This document shows, one piece after another, positions 54,862 through 64,000 of a DNA stretch of 64,000 bases; position 1 is the stretch's first letter, and every line of letters starts with the position of its first letter. The notes beneath the pieces are model-generated. The model saw only the letters and a list, made by a program, of their open reading frames with translations. It was not told where the DNA came from and made no database searches. Position numbers and translations under genes: made by a program. The DNA is from Eledone cirrhosa (taxonomy: Eukaryota), in NCBI GenBank assembly GCA_964016885.1, contig OZ024745.1, forward strand, positions 66,774,001 through 66,838,000, written 5' to 3'.

Positions 54862-56652
54862 AAAATTGAACGGGAACAAAACAGAGAGGCAGTACGAACA
54901 AAGGTTTATTAATTTCACGCTCTTTGGTGGATATATATATATATATATATATGCATACATACTTATATACTTATATACATACATACAAATATGACTATTT
55001 CTAAATGAGATAATCAAAAACACATTAAAAAGTATAACAATTGACTACTATAAGTAATAGCATAGGTAAAATAACCAGAGACGGGGATAAGTGGCCATAT
55101 ATGAATATTTTAAATGTATATATGCTATGCATCTATGTATGTATAGTTTTAACAAGGGGAATGCGATAACCAGTGGATTGAAAAATTAAGACCTTTTGCA
55201 AACAACTTGTTTTCATTATAAAAATTATATAACGATATAAACACTTCATTTTTGAAATAAAGTATATTCTTCAACCTCGATATTTTGCAGAATAACTGTT
55301 GGATTTGGAAATCATTTTGTGTTGTATTCTTTCGTATTCCTGTTTTCTGTACAGCTGCAAGCTACTTTAAGAAATCATGTAATATTTTTCTTTACAGTGG
55401 TAGTTATTCTTTATATACAATCTCGCTGAATCTGGTTTTCTGACATCTTTAAGCACCTCTGTTATTTCTGTTTAAATATTTACAGGAATACGATTTATCA
55501 AACTCGGCTTCTCTATATATTAATTCAAAAATGTTTACCATTTCCTCATGTACCCTCCAGAAAAGTTCGATTGTATTTTGAGCAGGTTATATACACTCGC
55601 ACACATATCTACAAATATATACAACAGTGCCTTAACCTGACGATGCACTTAAAATATCATATTTTCTTTCAGAACAAAACACTTATTTACACTCAGATTT
55701 CAATATTAACACAATATAAAAACAGAGATATATATACCTAGACGTTAAAATGTGTGTGAAATATGTATTTTGGAAATTTATGTGTGGATATACATTTCTA
55801 GTGGGGACCGGCTAGTCGATTTAATTGATTTTATGTATATTACTGCTTTTTGTTGTCCCTGGTGGATAAAATGTAAGGTTAAATCTTACAGCAATTGAAA
55901 CAATCCATTAAGTTAATGTAACTATAAACTGAAAAAAATATTTTACCCGGTGTACAACTGATTTTGCTGCCTACCATCCTGATTCAAGCGAAATATTGAA
56001 TAAATTGCTGCGATTCAGCGGGAGACAGAGCATTATAGGAATTGAAAATAGAAGGCTAGAATAAACAAAAGAAGGCGGATACGTGGAATAACACAGTAGA
56101 AATATTGCGATGAGCAGATATCGTTAAAGTAACGATTAAATTCAGGAGTCATACGGTATTGTCAGGAATAAAAAGGAGAAAAAAAAGTAAGTAAAATGAT
56201 GATGTAAAAATGAACGGTAATTGTTTCTAAATTTGGCACAAGGCAGTGAAAAGAAAAATAAAGTTGATTAAATCGACCCTAGTGCGTTACTACTACTTTA
56301 ATTTATCGACTCTGTAAGGATGAAAGAGGAAACTAAACTCGGTGGGTATGACCTCAGAACGAGAAGGGACATGCCGCAAAAAGCATGCTATCCGACGCTC
56401 TACTAATAGTGTCAATCCAATGCGAATTGAAAGTGAAAATAAATATAAATCCTATTTGAAATAATAAAATTACTCAAAGTGAGACAGGGCGGACACATTT
56501 ATATTGATGATGAAATTTATCATTAATATAGAATTAACATAAATCTACAAAAGCTAATAGCAAGCATGAGAAATTCCAAACTATGTTGACATCTACAAGT
56601 GATAACCTATATTATATTGTTATATACAGCTTACCTTACTTCATTATGGATA

Positions 56653-56950
56653 AACTTTGCCTTTCATCCTTACGGGGGTCGATAAAATAAAGTACCAGTA
56701 ATACACAGGGTATTTGCTGGCATTGTGCCAAAAGTAGAAACAATTACATATATATATAAGGGCGGTGATTTGGCAGAACCGGTAGAGGAACGGACACCAT
56801 GCTTTGCAGCATAGAGTTATGGCCCTTTACGGTCTGAGTTCAAATCCCGCCGAGGTTAACTCTGCCTTTCATCCTTACGGGGTCGACAAAATAAAGTACC
56901 AGTAATGCACTGGGGTAATTGCTGGCCTTGTTCTAAAAGTAGAAACAATT
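56653..56950 (+). mobile_element. Tandem SINEs (3' half + full copy)
   Basis: Family sequence occurs twice. Confidence 0.9.
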
Positions 56951-57806
56951 ATATATATATATATATATATATAAGCATTTACCCGTAAACACATACTAAT
57001 GCTAAAATAAACATACATGCACTCTAGATTATTTGTAAAATTCCACTGGTGCATTGCTTTAACCCGCCACCTATTCTGGAGACGTAACTGTAGTCCACGA
57101 TGCAGTTCGATTTGACCCACTATGATAGCAAATTGTTTTAACACTTTTAATTCTCCTCCTAAGGGATTAAACCCATACTTCTCGATTACGTTTGAGATAT
57201 ATGGCTAGCAACACTCATGGCGGCGTGTATGCCTGTCTTGTCAATGTTAATTTTGTAAAATATCCTATTTTTAAGTTAGCATGATTTTATGAATTACATA
57301 TATATTTAAGGCAAATAAAATCGCACAACTAACCAGTGATGGTTTCTTTCATTCGAATATTTGGTCCAGTTCAAATAAATTTACCAGACATATAATTATC
57401 ATATGTGTATGCATTTCTCTTTCTGCCTTAATTATTCAAATACTTCATATAAAGAAACAAGTGTTTGCCCGCAGAAAACAAAATCCCATCGTTGGATTTT
57501 TTGGATAACACAAATGGTGTCATATGTGTTAATTCAGATAGATTGAACACCTCTTATTGTTCCACTTAGAGAATGCATTCGTACAATATGTTTTAGCTGG
57601 TCTATTTTTCTGTACGGTATAAATGTGACTTTATTATCTAGGTAGAGAAGCAGAAGATACTCTCGTTCTCGCAAATTATGGATTTTTCACATTTTCATGA
57701 CCGGCTACTTTTATAACTATGCATAATATTTCTCTTCTGTCCCAAACAACAATATTTTGGAAGTTTTTATAGAATGGTCCTAACAATATTCCTTCTGTTT
57801 ATAAGC

Positions 57807-57847
<41 letters not shown>

Positions 57848-58197
57848 ATACAATAACAGAGATAGCTTAACGCTAAACTCCGACTGGTAACCATCTCACT
57901 CAACAAATATTAGGTTATATGTTAATATAACCCAATTTAAGTGTTTGGGGTGCTAACTATATGTATTTTGTGGAAAGCCAGTTGTATTATTTTATGAGGT
58001 ATAATTAAAGTTAAAATATATCTCTCTTTCCAAACAATTGTTTCATTATAAGTTTTCTACAAGTTGAATGTTTCCAGTTCATGTAGAAGCCTAACATATA
58101 TTCATGTAAGAATATATTTAGGTGGGCACTTATAAATCTTCAGTGGAAGCCCATTAAACTTTGAAATAAGAAAAAATTCTTACCGCAGTTAAAAATC

Positions 58198-58298
<101 letters not shown>

Positions 58299-59286
58299 GA
58301 CATGCGCATTCACGATATTTATTCAGACTAGACCCTTCTAGTGATTTCATTGTATATGTTTAGAAACAACATCATTCTATATGGATATTTTAGGGCAGTT
58401 GCTGAAAGCTCATAAGACTAAGAGAAGTCACACATCAAGTTAATGCTTATGTCCTTCTCAAATTTAGGGTAAGCATATTCATTTATAACCGTATTAGCAT
58501 GGAAAGATCTTTTCAACCTGATCTTTCTTGATGAAATATTTGTGCAGCAAATTTTGGGTCGCATGGGTCATCATCGGTATGTGATTACTTTTTGGAGAGT
58601 TCACTGCCTACGCGTAGAATGGTATTCTTTACAGTTTCGGGAATTTCTTTCGATACTTACATTCGCTAACGCTTTTATCATGTGGTGTCTTTTAGATATC
58701 ATTGATGCTTTATTTACGAAGTCAGTTTGTTTTTTCTTCTACTTCTAAGTATATCAATTTATGACTTAGAAGCAAACTTGTTTCTACTGGTTGGTGTTAC
58801 TATTTAGATGTGTTTTTGTCACCATCTTGTGTTCGCTTTTTTTTATTTATTATATATTTTGGCATAAATATCTCGTGTTGTGTATCTCCCGATTTATTAT
58901 TAATTTTATTTTTCACATGATGTAGACGATATACAGTAACAACCTTATTGTTTTTCTTACACGCTATGTTATATAAATGTCCGATTCTGCAGTGCAGGTG
59001 TTTTAACTTTTCCGATTTTTAATCCAGCTTACTAGCTTACAGTCATATGTGTCATGATTGCATGCATTGCAGACACGTATATACAATTGTGTGAGCGTAT
59101 ATAAATTGTTATATATGTGTATATTCTTTAGAGCAATAAAAACGTTAGCGAATTCAAGTATCTAAAGAAATACTCGAAACTCTAAGGAATATACATACCT
59201 ATACATACATGTCAGGACGCTCTTCAGCGCTACTGGTAACACGTAACCCAGGAGAATGAACACTTCATTCTTGCTCTTATGTCGGC

Positions 59287-59340
59287 ATGCCCAGAAACAT
59301 TAGTGTCTGCAGAACTGCAGACACTAATGTTTCTGGGCAT
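59287..59340. repeat. Perfect hairpin, 26-bp arms, AA loop
   Basis: ATGCCCAGAAACATTAGTGTCTGCAG-AA-CTGCAGACACTAATGTTTCTGGGCAT. Confidence 0.97.
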
Positions 59341-59461
59341 CACCTTTCATCAATACCGCTCACTGTTCACCTGCAAAATTACAAACGAATCGAATTTAAT
59401 TATTAATATTCGAAAAACTCAGATTACATTGATTGTATAGCAGCCATGTAGAGCGACATAT

Positions 59462-59588
<127 letters not shown>

Positions 59589-59837
59589 ATGAAAATAAAA
59601 GTTACGGGAGAAAGAGTATAATATCCATCTTTAGTTTGCTACTAGGAAACAATACGTATCTCTTCACGTTAGAGACAGGATACCTAAATAAGTTATTGGG
59701 ATAAAAAGGGGGGGGGGGGTAAACAGACACGAAAGAGAGGAAAAATATGAAGTCAACAACTCATTTCGAACATAAGATCTGGCGAGTTTGACGAGAGAAT
59801 AAAAGACACGTCTTCACACACATATAGATATATATAA

Positions 59838-59872
<35 letters not shown>

Positions 59873-60170
59873 AATATATATATATATATAAAGAATCATT
59901 AGCAAGAATATAATGGATAGGATTATACCAACACTTAAACTGAAGTCACAGCTAAATCTATGAAAAGGTACAAGTGAAGTTATCGATTGGTTTATAAATA
60001 TTAAGCATAAAAATAATTATAAGTTTATTCAAATGGATATAGCCAGTTATTATTCCTCGATATCTCCCAATTTATTAAATAAGGCGCTATTATATGCATA
60101 CAAACATACAGACCTCTCTAGTGAGGAGATAAATATTATATTAACTGCAAGGCGAACTTTGATAGATTTT

Positions 60171-60362
60171 AATAATTGTTTCTACTTTTGGCACAAGGAC
60201 AGCAATTACCCAGTACATTACTAGTACTTTATTTTATCGACCCCGCAAGGATGAAAGGCAAAGTTAACCTCGGCGGGATTTGAACTCAGAATGGCAAGGG
60301 CCGTAACTCTATGCGTCAAAGCATGGCGTCCGACCCTCTACCGATACTGCCAATTCACCGCC
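60171..60362 (-). mobile_element. SINE inserted in the PLE RT, with a target-site duplication
   Basis: TTTTAATAATT on both sides; removing the SINE restores RRTLIDFNNYLWTK. Confidence 0.9.
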
Positions 60363-62878
60363 ATTAGCTTTTAATAATTATCTCTGGACTAAGGCTGATA
60401 GACCGAAGAATTTTGACATTACGATTGGCTCATCATTTATCCTTAACATGATAAATAGAAAATTGCCGAAGATTGCCGGAGGTTTATATAGGGACGACAT
60501 ACTATTTATTGTGGAAAACATAACAATAGTGAACTAAATAGAATAAAGAAAGCAATTATAGAATGTTTTTTAAATTACGACCTGAAATTAGAAATAGAGA
60601 ATAATAATAAGGCAGTTAACTTTTTGGATGTGATTCTAAATCTTAACTCGGGCCCTTATTTCCCTTTCCACAAAGTTAATGAGAACTTAAATTATGTTAG
60701 TTTTTATTCTAATCACCCTAAAAGTGTTAAGAATGCGATAGTCAATAGTGAACAACAAAGATTATCCAGGCTTTCTGCTAATAGATCTATATTTAATAGC
60801 AAGGCAGAATATTATAATGAAGCGTTACATAAAGCTGGATATAACAATAACATTGAGTATATACATAAGGATACTGAAATCGAACAAAATAAAATTAATC
60901 ATAATCATCATAAAAATGAATATAAACACAACTGTATGAATAAATCAAAGAAGAAAGTAAAAACTAGATCTATAATTTGGTATGCACCGCCAGCATCCTT
61001 AGGTATTAAGACATCTGTAGCACACTTATTCTTTAAAACTTTAGATAAATGATTCCCTAGATCTCATAAATATTACCCTATCTTCAATAGATATACAGTT
61101 AAGCTCTCTTACTCAACTACTATGAATATAGCTCAAAATATAGCAAAAATAAATAATAAGAATCTAAAATCAAACCAACCTCTACAAAGCAATAATAATA
61201 ATAATAATATATTAATTAATGGAAATAACAATAATAATAGTCTAAACATGAATAATAGTATGATGCCTTTAAATAGCAATGCGAATGGTATAATACCTTT
61301 AAATAACAATGCGAATAAATGTAATTGTAGAAATAGGTCCGCATGCCCACTACAAAATAGCTGCCTTGATAAAAATCTTGTATATAAATGTACCATTAAG
61401 GCAAATAGTAATGTATATAATTACATAGGTGCCACTTCATCTAAATTTAAGGACTCTTGGTATAATCACAAGCATACTTTTAATAGAGTGGATAAAAAAT
61501 TCTCAACTTCACTTTCACAATTAGTATGGTCATTAAAAGACAATAACATTAAATACTCCATCTCTTGGAGAAAATTAAGGGTGGCTATCCCCTACCGGAA
61601 CTCTGCATTCTCAGATTTTTGCGATATTTGCAACGAGGAAATCCTTCACATAATCACAAACTATGACAACTTAATCAACAAAAATAATTATTTAGTAGTT
61701 GTCATCATAAAACTCGTAAGACTTTCCAGGCAATGTACCAGCTCCCCCAAAATACGGACAAATAACACCTTGAATATATGTAAATTTGCCCAATTGAAGT
61801 AAAAATGATAGGTATTTATATGTATAACCTCATTCAGAGTTTTTATCCTACGAATTGATTAAGATAGTTCACTATTTAATTAGACATCAATTAAGATATT
61901 TAGGAACTTAAAAAATCGTTGGACGAGAGAGAAGATATTCCCTTTAAGTTTAAAAAAAATGTCTGCATTGTAAAATAATTATCTTCTTTCGTTTACATTG
62001 TCCGTAAATTATATTAGCTTGCAAAAAAATATATATAAAATATAGATTAATAAATAATAATAGTTTAATAGTACATAGACTATCATTAAACTTAAACTAT
62101 ATATATTAGAATAATTAACTATTGAAGTAAATATAAATATAACCCTTCATTAAGTGAAATAAATTTTATGGGGGATAAATATAACCACATGTAGATTTTA
62201 AAAAATAAATGAAAATATATATAAAAAATAACCAAGTTTTACATAAAGTAGAATTTTGAATTAATTTAGATGATAAATGAACAAAATATATTATATATTG
62301 ATGTTGATATATGCATTTTTAATACATTTTAATACATATTTAATAGATATTTAATAAACATTAACGATAAAATGTTTAATGTTGCATTATAATGCTAATT
62401 AGAATATCTTACCTTATAATAAAACATTAATGAGTTAAATTAAATTAAATTAATTTAAGCATATAAATTTGTAATGAACTTAAATATTCGATTGCCGTAG
62501 AAATTAATCTATGCCTAATAATCTAGATATATTATAAACTTATAATTATCTAAAGCGTAATCCAATATAAGCGGCATTCAATGATAAATAATATGAATAA
62601 TATTTGAATTTTTTGTCTAGGATTTGAATACAACGGGTTTTTTTTATTCTTTCCTTTTCTTTATCCTTTCCTTTCCCTTTTCTTCTTTTCTTTATTTCCC
62701 TTCTTTTCTCTCCGCACCTTCCCTTTGAACTCCCCTTCGTTGCTTTACGTCTTCTTCTTCTCTAAGTTTATCATAATATTTGTGGTATATAAATGTTGAG
62801 TGTTGGGGAAATAACTTACTGCCATAACAGGAATTGAATATTCAAGTACCTTAGCGGTATGTCGTATAACCAATCTCT

Positions 62879-62949
62879 TATATATTTTATCTGATGAAAA
62901 CGTACTGAAACACCATTGTATGTTTGAAATATGTATAATAAAATATATA
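62879..62949 (+). ncRNA. Type I hammerhead ribozyme (best formed in the window)
   Basis: TATATATTTTAT-CTGATGA-AAACGTAC-(12 nt)-GTATGTTT-GAA-ATA-TG-TAT-A-ATAAAATATATA: 12-bp stem I, 8-bp stem II, intact core, UUH-type triplet AUA. Confidence 0.85.
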
Positions 62950-63344
62950 TAGTGTGGTTATGATAATTTTTCTCATTTATTAATATTTTGAATAATATTA
63001 TAGATATTCCAAATAAATATCTGTCGAGTGCTTCTAATCTATTGTAAAATTGAATTCGTTGAATAATCAACGAACCATATAAACTTTTGGTCATATATAT
63101 ATATATAGTTGAAAATGAACAAACAAACACAGGATGCATTTGTACACAATTATATTATTATATTAGGTTCACGCACGCTTGGTGGAAGTGTGTTTGTGTG
63201 TGTGTTTGTATATATATATATATATATATATACAAACACACATATATGTATGTTGTGGGGGAAAGTGAGGGAGAAAGAAAGAGATGTATAGATAGATATA
63301 TAAATGTATAATACATACAGACAAACACATACAGACAAACACAT

Positions 63345-63427
63345 GCATACATACATACGTACATACATACATACATACATACATACATACATACATACAT
63401 ACATACATACATACATACATACATACA

Positions 63428-63456
<29 letters not shown>
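63345..63456. repeat. (CATA)n microsatellite
   Basis: Directly visible. Confidence 0.98.
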
Positions 63457-63458
<2 letters not shown>

Positions 63459-63547
63459 GGAACGATATGTTTCAAGAGATACACAGCCTTAATGTGAGTG
63501 ACAGACCATACAACACCAGAATCAGTAAAGAACCCACTAAATTGGAA

Positions 63548-64000
63548 TTGGAAGCGGTGAACGAAATAGCTGGCAATTATCTGAAGGCTATACGATCTAA
63601 AGGTGTAGAAACGACATTTGAAACGCTTAATGTTTTGTTATATGTTTCAGCTGTCACATTGCTATCATATAACACACATCTAAAACCACGCAATCAAGAT
63701 ACAAACAGAAAGCCTGAACCAGCATGGATGCGAAATTTAAAAACCAAACTTTTGTCCCTGAGACGAAGTATCTCACACATCGCAGTCGTTATGAAATGCA
63801 ACATAGAGAGCAACTTCACACGACACCAGGAAGACCTAAAGAAAAAGTTAGAGAGACGATTTGGAGATACAAAATTTAAAACTTTGAACTCCAAATTACA
63901 CCAGTTGAAACAACAACTCACAGCTACAACAGAAAGACTAAAATATAAGTCAACAGCACATAAACGACAAGTGCTAAATAGATTGTTTGCCAGAGATCCT
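63548..64000 (+). mobile_element. R4/Dong-clade non-LTR retrotransposon ORF fragment, running off the window
   Basis: Open frame TLNVLLYVSA..KPEPAWMRNLKTKLLSLRRSI..LKQQLTATTERLKY..RQVLNRLF resembles the pre-RT region of R4/Dong elements, from my recall of the family. Confidence 0.7.

Larger units (their letters stand above)
59891..63092 (+). mobile_element. Second Penelope-like element (Naiad type), 5'-truncated, AT-rich
   Basis: FIQMDIASYYSSISP, NFDITIGS, GLYRDDIL, NFLDVILNL, CNCRNRSAC (CxCx5C), VYKC..YIGAT, CDIC; hammerhead ~1.1 kb after the ORF. The 3' boundary is uncertain. Confidence 0.88.

Noticed and set aside
59760-59820. Minus-strand hammerhead upstream of the second Naiad
   Set aside because: Core reads GTGAAGA, stem III is not self-complementary and stem I is missing; too degenerate to call.
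59961-59963. Second possible selenocysteine TGA in the Naiad ORF
   Set aside because: Aligns with Trp (QW) in the other element, so it is most simply a TGG>TGA nonsense mutation.

Overview
AT-rich, microsatellite-saturated eukaryotic DNA, most consistent with an octopus/cephalopod genome (inferred from repeat style only). I found no intact host gene. The window is a transposon graveyard: about 15 copies of a tRNA-derived SINE; two 5'-truncated Penelope-like elements (PLEs) of the Naiad type (RT + CxCx5C + GIY-YIG) plus a fragment of a third; L1/Tx1, CR1, R4/Dong, RTE and CRE LINE remnants; a ~610-bp non-autonomous RTE-derived family; a mariner MITE; and several Helitrons. One Helitron carries a 42x27-bp satellite that is absent from its sister copy. 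The strongest unexplained signals are about a dozen hammerhead-ribozyme motifs (three well formed; two lie ~1 kb downstream of, and co-oriented with, the Naiad ORFs) and at least 14 fold-back inverted repeats, many built from hammerhead-bearing fragments and embedded in (TA)n tracts. Also present are a 29-nt 28S rRNA R2/I-PpoI target-site fragment and possible decayed Sushi/HYR/EGF/TSP1-like coding remnants on the minus strand (15.7-24.4 kb). All alignments and folds were done by eye; boundaries next to microsatellites are approximate.
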